A program made the position numbers and the translations under genes. The notes under the pieces are model-generated. The model was not told the origin of the DNA and made no database searches. It was given only the letters and a program-made list of their open reading frames with translations. Positions 52,013 through 61,958 of a stretch of 64,000 bases of DNA are shown here, in pieces (within the stretch, counting starts at the first letter, position 1; each line of letters opens with the position of its first letter). The stretch comes from Oligoflexia bacterium (GTDB lineage: Bacteria > Bdellovibrionota > Bacteriovoracia > Bacteriovoracales > Bacteriovoracaceae). The stretch covers positions 7,582 through 71,581 of the forward strand of contig JADGAN010000027.1 in NCBI GenBank assembly GCA_015231955.1, written 5' to 3'.

Positions 52013-53272
52013 ATGATGACACTATTCTTATCTTTGTTGATTATTGTTTTTCTCTTTAAGCTTTGGCTTTCACTGCGCAACACTAACTGCGTAGAGAGCA
52101 ACCGAGCAGAAGTTCCTAAAGCATTTGCTGAGCGCTTTGCAGTTGCCGACCATCATAAGGCCCAAGATTATAGCTTGGCCAAGTTGCGCTCAAGGCGCCT
52201 TTTTATGGGATTTGAGACGCTGGTACTGATGTTTTGGACCGTCGGAGGAGGGCTGGCACTGCTTGATGAGAACATTCGCACCCACCTGTTTGCGACGGTA
52301 TCTAGCAATGAAATTCTCTTTGGCATCTACCTGGCACTCTGTTTTTCTGCGGTGAACTTCCTTCTCGATCTGCCAGAAGAGATCTACACCACCTTCTCTA
52401 TTGAGAAACGCTTTGGCTTCAATCGTACCACCATCAAAACATTTATCAGCGATCACCTCAAAGGCATCATTTTAGGGATGGTGATTGGACTCCCCCTCTT
52501 CTCTTTTTTAATTTGGGCCATGCTAAAAGTGCCCTACTGGTGGCCATGGGCCTTTGCCACTCTCACCCTATTTCAACTCTTTCTGATGTGGATCTATCCG
52601 ATGTTGATCGCTCCCCTCTTTAATAAATTTACGCCTATGCCAGAGGGGCCAACCAAAGAGGCGGTGAAAAAGCTTTTAAGCGAAAACCATTTTCCTTACC
52701 AGGGGCTTTATGTGATGGATGCTTCTCGCAGGAGCACGCATGGGAATGCTTACTTTACGGGATTTGGAAAATCGAGGCGGATCGTTTTTTACGATACACT
52801 TTTAGAGTCGCTTACTCCCAGTGAAGTGGTGGCGGTGCTCGCCCACGAAATTGCTCACTTTAAGTATAAACACATTTTAAAATCACTCTTGATCTCCATC
52901 ATTAGTAGTGCTTTGGGGATGTGGCTACTCTGGAAAGTTTCCACTTGGAGTGCCTTCTATCACAGTTTTCATATTACAGTAGAGAGTCCAGCAGTTGTTA
53001 TCTTACTCTTCTCAATGATCATTCCACCTTTTACTTTTTTTCTTACTCCGCTCTTCTCTTGGTATTCACGGAAAAATGAGTATGAGGCCGACCGTTTTGC
53101 CGCCACTGCCGCTCGTGCAGAGGATCTGATTTCAGCTCTGGTTAAAATGTATCGTGATAACGCCTCTACACTTACGCCAGATTCTCTCTATGCTCTCTTC
53201 TATTACTCACACCCAACGGCCATGGATCGTATTGCTTTTTTACAAAGTTTAAGTAGTAGGCCTAAATATTAA
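52013..53272 (+). CDS. M48-family (Ste24/HtpX-like) integral-membrane zinc metalloprotease
   Basis: HEIAHFKYKH (HExxH) and the downstream EYEADRFA. Multiple TM segments. Confidence 0.85.
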   Translation: MMTLFLSLLIIVFLFKLWLSLRNTNCVESNRAEVPKAFAERFAVADHHKAQDYSLAKLRSRRLFMGFETLVLMFWTVGGGLALLDENIRTHLFATVSSNEILFGIYLALCFSAVNFLLDLPEEIYTTFSIEKRFGFNRTTIKTFISDHLKGIILGMVIGLPLFSFLIWAMLKVPYWWPWAFATLTLFQLFLMWIYPMLIAPLFNKFTPMPEGPTKEAVKKLLSENHFPYQGLYVMDASRRSTHGNAYFTGFGKSRRIVFYDTLLESLTPSEVVAVLAHEIAHFKYKHILKSLLISIISSALGMWLLWKVSTWSAFYHSFHITVESPAVVILLFSMIIPPFTFFLTPLFSWYSRKNEYEADRFAATAARAEDLISALVKMYRDNASTLTPDSLYALFYYSHPTAMDRIAFLQSLSSRPKY

Positions 53273-53310
53273 GTATTGGGCCTGCTTTTATAATTATGTT
53301 AGAGAAGTGT

Positions 53311-53337
53311 TAAGCTTTTTGACTTTGATGCCGTTAA
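53311..53337 (+). promoter_or_regulatory. sigma-28/FliA-like promoter TAAG-N15-GCCGTTAA
   Basis: TAAG at 53311-53314, exact 15-nt spacer, GCCGTTAA at 53330-53337, 40 nt upstream of the MCP gene. Confidence 0.5.
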
Positions 53338-53376
53338 GATTGTATTAAGATATCAAAGAGAAAAGAGGGAGAATTC

Positions 53377-54807
53377 ATGTCCATAACAAAAATACGCACA
53401 ATTAAATTTTCTCATTTAGCTGTAAGTATTTTAAGTTTGCTCTTCTTCTTTATTTTGACAACTAGTATAGTTAGTTCCATTTTGCTGTTTAAAATTCAAT
53501 CTAAATCAGATTTCATACAGGAAAATACCCTGAGAATTATGCAGTCAACACAGTCAATGAAGTTGGCAACGATACAAGTTCAACAATTTTTAACAGATAT
53601 AGCTGCAACAAAAGCACAAGATGGTTTGGATAGTGGATTTAATGAGGCAGAATCATTTGCCAAAATATTCAGAGAGGAGTCCAATACTTTAAAGAAGATC
53701 GGTAAAGGAGAGAGAATACTTAAGTTCCAAGAGGAGATTGATCAATCATTTGAAGAGTTCTATTCTATGGGAAAGGAAATGGCCAATGCTTATATCACCT
53801 CCACGACGAAGGAAGGTAATCTCTTTATGAAAAAATTTGATCCTTCTACCGTCAAAATAACCAATCTTTTAGAACAACAAATGCAAGCGGTATCAAATCA
53901 AAGCAAGGACGATTTTGCTGACATAACTAATCAAATAAAGAATGCCATTGTTATAATTTTACCAATCGCTGTTTTGGGATCAATATTTGCGCTTTTTGGA
54001 ATTTTTGCCATCAATACAATGATAAAAAAATTAACATCCACTCTCTATGACTCTTCTGCTCAAATAGGAAAAGGAGTAAATAAGATTGCAGAAGGAAATA
54101 AAAATCTTTTACTTCGAACAGAGTCACAAGCTTCTTCTCTAGAGGAAACCTCTGCGACACTTGAACAAATAACTTCTACTCTTAAACAAACAACCGATAA
54201 TACTCGTAATGCAAAAGCAATCGCCTCGAAAGCTACGCTTTCGGTGCAAGATGGATTAAGTGCTTTTAAGGACAGCCTATTGGCAATTGCTGCAATATCG
54301 GAAAGCAGTAAAAAAATTGCTGAGATTGTTGAACTAGTCGAATCTATCTCCTTTCAGACCAATATTCTTGCCATTAATGCGGCCATTGAAGCTGCAAAAG
54401 CAGGAGAACAAGGAAAAGGATTTGCGGTGGTTGCAATTGAGGTTCGAGATCTGGCCCAGCGTTCTGCAGAGGCCACAAAGGAGATTAGAACACTGATTAA
54501 AATAAGCTCCGATCGTGTAGAGAATGGCAGCAAACTTGTTAGACAAAATAGTGAGAACCTCCATGCTATTTCTACTGACATTAATAGTGTTGCTGGAATT
54601 ATTAGCGAAATATCTTCGGCAATGAATGAACAGCATACTGCTATTGAACAAATCAACCTTGCGATGACAGATCTTGACTCTACAACACAGCAAAATGGCT
54701 CGTTTGTTAAAGAGATTGCAACAGAGAGCGAACATTTGGAAAACACCTCACTTGCTACAAAAGAGAGCATAAGGCAAAATTTAGGGGATGAGTTAAAAGC
54801 AGCATGA
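53377..54807 (+). CDS. methyl-accepting chemotaxis protein
   Basis: Highly conserved signalling hairpin [40 protein letters not shown]. Two TM segments. Confidence 0.9.
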   Translation: MSITKIRTIKFSHLAVSILSLLFFFILTTSIVSSILLFKIQSKSDFIQENTLRIMQSTQSMKLATIQVQQFLTDIAATKAQDGLDSGFNEAESFAKIFREESNTLKKIGKGERILKFQEEIDQSFEEFYSMGKEMANAYITSTTKEGNLFMKKFDPSTVKITNLLEQQMQAVSNQSKDDFADITNQIKNAIVIILPIAVLGSIFALFGIFAINTMIKKLTSTLYDSSAQIGKGVNKIAEGNKNLLLRTESQASSLEETSATLEQITSTLKQTTDNTRNAKAIASKATLSVQDGLSAFKDSLLAIAAISESSKKIAEIVELVESISFQTNILAINAAIEAAKAGEQGKGFAVVAIEVRDLAQRSAEATKEIRTLIKISSDRVENGSKLVRQNSENLHAISTDINSVAGIISEISSAMNEQHTAIEQINLAMTDLDSTTQQNGSFVKEIATESEHLENTSLATKESIRQNLGDELKAA

Positions 54808-54840
54808 TTATCTGCTCAAACAGTTTTTAAAATCGATACG

Positions 54841-57252
54841 CTACTGCTTTGTTGCCACTGTCTTTGCAGCTGCCTTTGCAGTTATTTTGGCCATGATTAA
54901 AGATACCATTTCAGCATCATTACGAGCTTCCGCAAGTTCCAATGGAGTTTGTCCACTCTTTAGGCCAAAATTGGGATCGATGCTCTCCATCGCTAAAAGG
55001 TTTTTGACCAGTTCTCGGTTGTTCGTCTCCAAGGCCCAGTAAAGTAGAGTTGCCTCACCAACTTCTCCCTCTTTTTTAACATAGACATTGGGATCTTTTA
55101 GAAACTCTTTGGCCATGGTGGTAATCGCCTTGCTTTTATTGCTCTCTAAGATGATCTGTAGTGGTGACTTCCCTGCTTTATTCATTGAAGTAGTCAAGAT
55201 CTCTGGGGTCACGCCAGGAATTTGTAATAATTTTCGACTACTCCCAAAGAGACCTTGAGTAAGTGCGAGGTGCAGTGGGGTATTTCCTTGAGCATCGACA
55301 TTACTGCTGTTGTTCATGGAGGCCCCATATTGTAGGAGTAAATCTAGGATGGACATATCGTATTTATTACTTGCAAGCGATAAAGGAGTGGCCCCCGCTA
55401 GGTTTGCACTATTGAGTTGATTTTGTACCACTTCTGGAATGCTTAGTAAGTATTGCACCAATTCTTTGTTATTGCCTTGGATTGCCGCCATTAAAAGGGT
55501 GTTGCCACTTAAGTCTCTTTTGTTTAAATCCAATTTGGGATTGGCAAAGGAAATTATTTTTTTAACACTATCGCTATATCCTAAATAAGCGGCAAAAAGC
55601 GCCGGAGGAACTAGGCCTTGATGAAAATTACTGACAAAGCTTGGATCGCAGTATTTAAGCACGATCTCAAGCGTTTGGGGATTTTCGCTAGCAATTGCCA
55701 GCAAAAGTGGCGTACTACCATCGAGAAGCTCCAGGTTACAAATTTGTTTTCCAAATTGCACGAAATTTTTCTCAAGCTCAAGGTTATTTTCAACTGCAAT
55801 ATTATAAAGGATACTCTTCTCTAAATATTGAAAACTGCCGGCAACATTAGGAGTTGCTAGCAGATCAATGACAATATCAAAATAGTTGTTTCTAACTGCA
55901 CTTAATACTGGGGTTAATCCATGAGGGCCAGAGAGGATCTCCCATGGGGGACGATTGCTGGCAAGTGTTTGTGCGCTATATTTTGCCATCGCTGTTTGAT
56001 GTTTTCCAATAGCACTACTTAACATTTGTGCAACAGTGGTATCGGTAATGAATTTTGCATCTCCATCGGGAGTAGCAAGAAAGGCATTCATACCATTAAA
56101 GTTATTAGTGGCGGCCACACTATACATGGTCTCCCAATGCATATTGCTTTTTACGTAGGGGACACAGCTGATTCCGGGGATACAATCCTCTATCGTCGTC
56201 ACACAATTATACTGTTTGAAAATATCGTAAAAAGGTTTTGCCAAAAAAGTTCCTGTACACGCACTTCCCCAGCTATTGCGAATATTAACCAGCTCTACAA
56301 TTTTATTACTTTTATCGGCGCTATTTGTACAAAGCATTTTTTTATGTCCAGTAATGGCCACTTCGTGTCCACCGATAGAGATCGAAGCGGGGCGACCTAG
56401 CGTCAGTGGGTAAAGCAAACCTTTTTTGATAGCATCGTCACCACTTTGGGCCGTATAACAATTATGAACAATGTTGAAAGGAGGTAGCTTGACCATTTTG
56501 TCACTGGGGACTGGCCTTGGAAAAGCACAGCGAGCAAGCTGTTCCGTTATAGGATTTTTATGCTCAGTCACTCCATAGATATTGTTCTCAGAAAACGGAT
56601 TATGGATCTTAGTTGTTCTAAGGGCATTCACCATCGCTGGAAGATCAATGTACTCTGCTGGTAATTTGGTCTTGTTGGCAATTCTTGCGCTCTCCACTTG
56701 GCAAACTCCCGGATCGAGAGTTGCGCTGGAGGCCTGTAAAGAGTCACTAATTTTTTTTGCTTCCACCAAGTAGGTGGCCAGAGGTGAGATCCCACTTCCC
56801 GATCTATCCATGCAAGTTTGTTCATAGGAGAGAGTCTGGGGATTTTTCAAAACCACCTCTCCCGCCATTCGCAGTTGTTCTAGTGTATTTTGAGTTCTTC
56901 CACCCTCTAAAAGGTATCCACCATTGCCACCAATAATGACACTATTTAAATCAATCTCTTGATCAGCAGTAATAACAGCTTTTTCTTTGAGAAAGTGCTC
57001 TAATTGCACTTTAGCACTACATGCATAACAAGTGCCGATGCGATCTTGGTTGATTTGTGCTATCTTTTTATCTTTATGTTCGAGATCAACAATATAATTT
57101 TCATCAGCAAGCTCTTTACAATCGGTGCGATGAAACTCTTGATAAAGAAAATCGTTACACTCTTCTGCTTTTATCGCAACTGGAAGCGAGATCACCGCCG
57201 CTAGGGCCATAAAAATTAAATGGTGAGCTTTTGTTTTTTTTGAAGCAATCAT
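54841..57252 (-). CDS. secreted papain-like cysteine-peptidase-like domain fused to degenerate ankyrin repeats (paralog C)
   Basis: Signal peptide. QDRIGTCYACSA (Gln 6 residues before Cys), GGHEVAITGH and IRNSWGS. C-terminal half has G-TPL--A ANK-type repeats. Confidence 0.8.
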   Translation of the reverse strand: MIASKKTKAHHLIFMALAAVISLPVAIKAEECNDFLYQEFHRTDCKELADENYIVDLEHKDKKIAQINQDRIGTCYACSAKVQLEHFLKEKAVITADQEIDLNSVIIGGNGGYLLEGGRTQNTLEQLRMAGEVVLKNPQTLSYEQTCMDRSGSGISPLATYLVEAKKISDSLQASSATLDPGVCQVESARIANKTKLPAEYIDLPAMVNALRTTKIHNPFSENNIYGVTEHKNPITEQLARCAFPRPVPSDKMVKLPPFNIVHNCYTAQSGDDAIKKGLLYPLTLGRPASISIGGHEVAITGHKKMLCTNSADKSNKIVELVNIRNSWGSACTGTFLAKPFYDIFKQYNCVTTIEDCIPGISCVPYVKSNMHWETMYSVAATNNFNGMNAFLATPDGDAKFITDTTVAQMLSSAIGKHQTAMAKYSAQTLASNRPPWEILSGPHGLTPVLSAVRNNYFDIVIDLLATPNVAGSFQYLEKSILYNIAVENNLELEKNFVQFGKQICNLELLDGSTPLLLAIASENPQTLEIVLKYCDPSFVSNFHQGLVPPALFAAYLGYSDSVKKIISFANPKLDLNKRDLSGNTLLMAAIQGNNKELVQYLLSIPEVVQNQLNSANLAGATPLSLASNKYDMSILDLLLQYGASMNNSSNVDAQGNTPLHLALTQGLFGSSRKLLQIPGVTPEILTTSMNKAGKSPLQIILESNKSKAITTMAKEFLKDPNVYVKKEGEVGEATLLYWALETNNRELVKNLLAMESIDPNFGLKSGQTPLELAEARNDAEMVSLIMAKITAKAAAKTVATKQ

Positions 57253-57284
57253 AACTTAGTACACTCCCTATAAATTATTTGCGA

Positions 57285-57312
57285 TAAGCAGTAGCACGAT
57301 TTATGCCGATAA
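57285..57312 (+). promoter_or_regulatory. orphan sigma-28-like promoter TAAG-N16-GCCGATAA facing the 3' end of pgi
   Basis: Perfect -10 GCCGATAA (57305-57312) on the plus strand. No plus-strand ORF lies downstream. Confidence 0.3.
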
Positions 57313-57435
57313 AAATTGTAACCTATCTCAATAAATTTTTTTTATAAAAAATGCATTTAAAGTTATCTATGTAAAATCTTGAATACCCTTAAGAAGTTTT
57401 TAAGAAGCGTTTGCAAACAGTGTACAAATAGTGCC

Positions 57436-59094
57436 TTATAACGTTGGCACCTTTCGATAGTAGCTTAAGAGGGAGTTGGTAGAGGAGTCGTGGTGGAGAG
57501 GGCGGGTAGGATCTTTTAAGTCAGGCAGGACTTTATCTGCAAGCAGCTTACCAAGCTGGACGCCCCATTGATCGAAGGAGTATACATTCCATAAAATACC
57601 TTGAGTGAAAATTTTGTGTTCGTAGAGGGCAATGAGCTTACCCAAGACTTCGGGAGTAAGTAGAGGTGCCATGATAGTGGTGGTAGGACGATTGCCCTCG
57701 AAGATGCGGTAAGCAACAAGCAGGGGATTTTTTTCGTTACACTCTGTCTCTTTGCGAGTTTGTCCAAAGGCGAGCGCTTGCGTTTGCGCAAAAAAGTTGG
57801 CCATAAGTTTTTGGTGGTGATCCGAGAGCGGGTTGTGCGAACGTGCAAACCCAATAAAGTCGGCAGGAATGAGCTTAGTGCCTTGATGGATCAGTTGATA
57901 AAAAGCGTGTTGCCCATTGGTACCAGGTTCACCCCAGATGATAGGCCCGGTCTGATAAGTAATGACATTACCGTTACGATCAACCGATTTGCCGTTACTC
58001 TCCATATCGCCTTGTTGGAAATAGGCGGGAAAGCGATGAAGGTATTGATCATAGGGTAAGATCGCATGTGTCTCTGCTTTAAAAAAGTTGTTGTACCAGA
58101 CGCCAAGGAGAGCGAGAATCACCGGTAAGTTTTGCTCTAGGGGGGCGCTTTGAAAGTGCCTATCCATGGAGTGAAAACCATCAAGAAGCTTGTAGAAGTT
58201 TTTGGGACCAATCGATAACATAATGGAGAGTCCGATAGCGGAGGTGAGAGAGTAGCGACCGCCCACCCAATCCCAAAACGCAAACATATTTTTTACATCG
58301 ATGCCAAAGGCACTGACCGCCTCTTGGTTGGTGGAGAGGGCCACGAAGTGTTTGGCAACGGCAGTGTCACTGGCGTTTAATGATTTCAAGAGCCACTCTT
58401 TGGCGGAATAGGCGTTGGTCATAGTCTCTTGGGTCGTAAAGGTTTTAGAGGCGACAATGAAAAGTGTCTCTGCGGGATTTTTGTTTTTCAAGGCCTCTGC
58501 CAGATGGGTGGCATCGATATTAGAAACAAAGGAGAGCGTGAGGTCAGCTTTGCTATAAGGTTTTAGCGCCTCACACACCATCAGCGGCCCAAGATCGGAA
58601 CCACCTATACCAATGTTGATGATGTTTTTAATAGGCAGCCCGCTGTGGCCTCTCCACTCCCCTTCGCGCACTTTTTGTGAAAAACTCTCCATCTGTGATA
58701 AGACGGCCTGCACTTTCGGCATCACATCTTCGCCATCAACAATGATGGGTCTGGAGGAGCGATTGCGAAGTGCCACATGTAAGACGGCGCGCCCTTCGGT
58801 TTTATTAATTTTAGCTCCTCCAAACATGGCATCTCTCTCTGCTTCGAGATTTAAAGAGCGTGCTAGAGCAAAGAGCAGTTTCATCGTTGTCTCATCGATA
58901 CGATGTTTAGAGTAATCAACGAAAAGCTCTCCACTCGAGTCACGGTGAAGGATGGAAAAATTATTTGCACGCTTGGGATCGCGAGCAAATAACTCTCGAA
59001 TAGAGCTCTCTTTGATTGTTAAAAAGTGATCGTTGAGGGCCTGCCACTCTGGTTGTTGCAGAGGATTTTTATAATCGTTATGATCATTATGCAT
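57436..59094 (-). CDS. pgi: glucose-6-phosphate isomerase
   Basis: 552 aa full-length PGI ([39 protein letters not shown]). Confidence 0.95.
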   Translation of the reverse strand: MHNDHNDYKNPLQQPEWQALNDHFLTIKESSIRELFARDPKRANNFSILHRDSSGELFVDYSKHRIDETTMKLLFALARSLNLEAERDAMFGGAKINKTEGRAVLHVALRNRSSRPIIVDGEDVMPKVQAVLSQMESFSQKVREGEWRGHSGLPIKNIINIGIGGSDLGPLMVCEALKPYSKADLTLSFVSNIDATHLAEALKNKNPAETLFIVASKTFTTQETMTNAYSAKEWLLKSLNASDTAVAKHFVALSTNQEAVSAFGIDVKNMFAFWDWVGGRYSLTSAIGLSIMLSIGPKNFYKLLDGFHSMDRHFQSAPLEQNLPVILALLGVWYNNFFKAETHAILPYDQYLHRFPAYFQQGDMESNGKSVDRNGNVITYQTGPIIWGEPGTNGQHAFYQLIHQGTKLIPADFIGFARSHNPLSDHHQKLMANFFAQTQALAFGQTRKETECNEKNPLLVAYRIFEGNRPTTTIMAPLLTPEVLGKLIALYEHKIFTQGILWNVYSFDQWGVQLGKLLADKVLPDLKDPTRPLHHDSSTNSLLSYYRKVPTL

Positions 59095-60163
59095 TCGTGC
59101 TGCTCCTATTTTCTTGTTTTATTGTTTCCAAGGTGACTGTAAAAGAACTACCTACACCAGTTTGAGAATCAAAGGTGATGTTGCCTTTATGGTAGTTACA
59201 AAATATCTCATACGCGACAGAAAGTCCAACCCCGATCCCGACTCCGGATCCGACTGTAACGTAGGGATCAAAAATTTTACTACGATAGCGCTCTGGGATG
59301 CCACAACCATTATCTCTAACTTCAATGATGATGGTGTTGTCATTGGAATTTCTGGTAGAGACAATAATTTCTCGCGCCGTTTGAGGATCGTACTTTTTTT
59401 TCTCCATCACTGCCTCTTTAGCATGGGATAAGAGATTGCAAAAGGCCTGCTTTAGTTGTCCTTTGCTTCCATACACCCAATCATTTTGTGCTAAAAATTC
59501 TTTTTGCAAAAAGATCCCTTCTTTGGCATAAATTTTCGTCAAAAGCTCGAGGGTGGAGAGCAACAACTGGTGTAGAGTAAATGGCCTAAACTCTCCATGC
59601 TCTGATGGTGCAAAGGCCTTAAGCGTCTGAAGCGTTTCGGAAATTTTTTCGTAGCATTTATTGACCTCGGTAATCGATTCCAGCAAGTAAGGATCTTGAA
59701 TAGCTCCTTCTGCTGCCCCTTGCTCTAGCTGCTTGATAGGCCCTGCAAGCATTGTCAGCGGATTATTAATTTCAGACGCCACCCCTGATGCAAACGATCC
59801 TAGCGTTGCCATTTTGTCTCGCTGAAAAAGATTGCGCTCCATCTTCACATTCTCTCGTCCAGAATCTAAAGTGCGAACAAGGAGTTTAGCAAGCTCGCCC
59901 CACTCATTTTGCTTCATCGCCATACGATGAAGCAAAAGCATATTTTCACTCTTTAATCCCCCCACCAGCAGTTGTAAAGGACGCAAGATAAAATACTCTC
60001 CTGCAAGAAATAGCGCCAGCAACACCACGCCTGAAAAGAGCATCCATGGCCAAGTTTCCTGACTGCCTGTTAATAATAGCGCAATTAAAATAAGAGTGAA
60101 GCTCCCAAGAATGACCAAGAAAAGGATTTTAATTTTCATCTTTAAAATCCTCTTATAAAGCAT
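59087..60163 (-). CDS. membrane histidine-kinase-like protein with degenerate catalytic motifs
   Basis: Two TM segments. The H-box position reads [10 protein letters not shown] (Ser where AHEINNPL-type kinases have His). The N-box reads NLLSHAKEA (His for Asn). G1 DNGCGI and the G2-like [10 protein letters not shown] are retained. Confidence 0.75.
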   Translation of the reverse strand: MLYKRILKMKIKILFLVILGSFTLILIALLLTGSQETWPWMLFSGVVLLALFLAGEYFILRPLQLLVGGLKSENMLLLHRMAMKQNEWGELAKLLVRTLDSGRENVKMERNLFQRDKMATLGSFASGVASEINNPLTMLAGPIKQLEQGAAEGAIQDPYLLESITEVNKCYEKISETLQTLKAFAPSEHGEFRPFTLHQLLLSTLELLTKIYAKEGIFLQKEFLAQNDWVYGSKGQLKQAFCNLLSHAKEAVMEKKKYDPQTAREIIVSTRNSNDNTIIIEVRDNGCGIPERYRSKIFDPYVTVGSGVGIGVGLSVAYEIFCNYHKGNITFDSQTGVGSSFTVTLETIKQENRSSTNA

Positions 60164-61778
60164 TTGCTCTCCTCCCTAAATACTCTGTATAGTTACCAGG
60201 ATATAAGTAAGCGCTGCCTTTATCAATCTCTAAAACTTTAGTGGCCATCTCTCTTAAGAAAAAGCGGTCATGGCTAACAAAGATAACTGTCCCTTGATAG
60301 CGCTTTAAAGTCTCAAGCAATACCTCCCGTGATTTGATATCTAAATGGTTAGTCGGCTCATCTAAAATCAGTAAATTATTCGAATGAGAAAGAATGGTTG
60401 CCAAGACCACTCGTGCTTTCTCACCGCCAGAAAGGTGGCGAATCTTTTTAAAGACATCATCACCACGAAAGAGAAAGGCGGCCAAAATATTGCGAATGGT
60501 GGCGTCGCTCTTATCGGGCAGTTTATAGCGTAATTCATCAAAGAGTGTATTCTCTAAATTTAAAACTTCAATCGTGTGTTGACCAAAATATCCAGAAGAG
60601 ATGCTAGGTCCTAAATTTGCTGTGCCTGAAGTTGGGGTGATCTCTTGGGCCATGATCTTTAAAAGCGTGGATTTACCAGCACCATTCACACCAACCACCG
60701 CCACTCGCTCTTGACGATTAATAGTAATAGAAAGCCCACTAAAAACCACGTTTTTTCTACCAGTGGTATCGACCCACTCTTTGGATAAATCTTTGGTGAC
60801 CACCACGTCGTTGCCTTCACGAGAGATCTCTGGAAGCAAAATCCGCATCTCCTCATCCTCATTCATCAGCTCCACCCGTTCAATCTTCTCCAGTTTTTTG
60901 ATTCGTGATTGCACTTGAGCGGCATGAGAGACCCGCGCCTGAAAGCGAGCGATAAACTCTTCCTCTTTCTTTAGCATATCCTTTTGGCGATTAAACTCCG
61001 ACTCATTTTGTTTGCGGCGAACCTCTCGCTCCTTTAAATAAAAATCGTAATTTCCGCTATAGACGGTAGCAGTACCAGCGCTAATCTCAATGATTTTACT
61101 CACAATCTTATTCATAAAATCGCGATCGTGAGTGGTCATTAAAATCGCGCCTTTAAAATTTAAAAGCCACCCTTCTAACCACAAGATAGTCTCCATATCC
61201 AAATAGTTAGTCGGCTCATCCATTAAAATCACATCGGGAGCGGCGATCAGCACCTTGGCCAAGGCCACACGCATTTTCCAGCCGCCACTGAAATCCTCAA
61301 CTTTTTTTTGGTGGTCACAAGGTGCAATTCCTAGTCCGGTTAAAATCTCCTCGGCACGGTTTTCGATCTCATAACCGCCAAGTTTTTCAAACTCACTTTG
61401 CACCTCTCCCATCTTATCGAGCACCTTGTTCATCTCTTCTTCGCTAAGATCGGCCGTAGAAAGTTTATCTTCAAACTCCCTTATTTTTGCGTTTAATTCA
61501 TGCACCCTCTGATTACCACTGATCACTTCGGAAAGTGCCGAGTTTCCCCTCATCTCACCTACACTTTGAGAAAAGTAGGCCACTCGCACTAGCGACTGTA
61601 CACTCACCTGGCCACCATCCACACGCTCCTCTCCAGTAATCAAGCGAAAGATCGTGGTCTTGCCTGCTCCATTTGCGCCCACAAGGCCGACCTTCTCGCC
61701 AGGATTTAATTTAAAACTCACCTCATTTAAGATGGACTTACCACCTAAATTTTTTACGACTGCTGCTAACTGTAACAT
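60153..61778 (-). CDS. ABC-F family ATPase (two ABC domains, no TM domain)
   Basis: Two Walker A motifs (GANGAGKTT, GVNGAGKST) and two LSGG signatures with a charged linker. Confidence 0.9.
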   Translation of the reverse strand: MLQLAAVVKNLGGKSILNEVSFKLNPGEKVGLVGANGAGKTTIFRLITGEERVDGGQVSVQSLVRVAYFSQSVGEMRGNSALSEVISGNQRVHELNAKIREFEDKLSTADLSEEEMNKVLDKMGEVQSEFEKLGGYEIENRAEEILTGLGIAPCDHQKKVEDFSGGWKMRVALAKVLIAAPDVILMDEPTNYLDMETILWLEGWLLNFKGAILMTTHDRDFMNKIVSKIIEISAGTATVYSGNYDFYLKEREVRRKQNESEFNRQKDMLKKEEEFIARFQARVSHAAQVQSRIKKLEKIERVELMNEDEEMRILLPEISREGNDVVVTKDLSKEWVDTTGRKNVVFSGLSITINRQERVAVVGVNGAGKSTLLKIMAQEITPTSGTANLGPSISSGYFGQHTIEVLNLENTLFDELRYKLPDKSDATIRNILAAFLFRGDDVFKKIRHLSGGEKARVVLATILSHSNNLLILDEPTNHLDIKSREVLLETLKRYQGTVIFVSHDRFFLREMATKVLEIDKGSAYLYPGNYTEYLGRRANAL

Positions 61779-61865
61779 CGACGGTACCTACTGCTTTTGT
61801 TTTTAGTATTATTAGATTTCCGACTACTCTTCTTCTTTCATCCTAGCAAATAATTTTTTTTTCTT

Positions 61866-61891
61866 CGACACTTTACAAACGACACTTTACA
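61866..61891. repeat. direct repeat CGACACTTTACA x2 (2-nt spacer) in a divergent promoter region
   Basis: Copies at 61866-61877 and 61880-61891, followed by TATAAT-like ATTATAAT. Confidence 0.8.
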
Positions 61892-61958
61892 TAAAAATTA
61901 TAATTAGTAAGAATATATTACGATTCAGATTTTTTTACTCATCGGAGGTATCTTAGGT

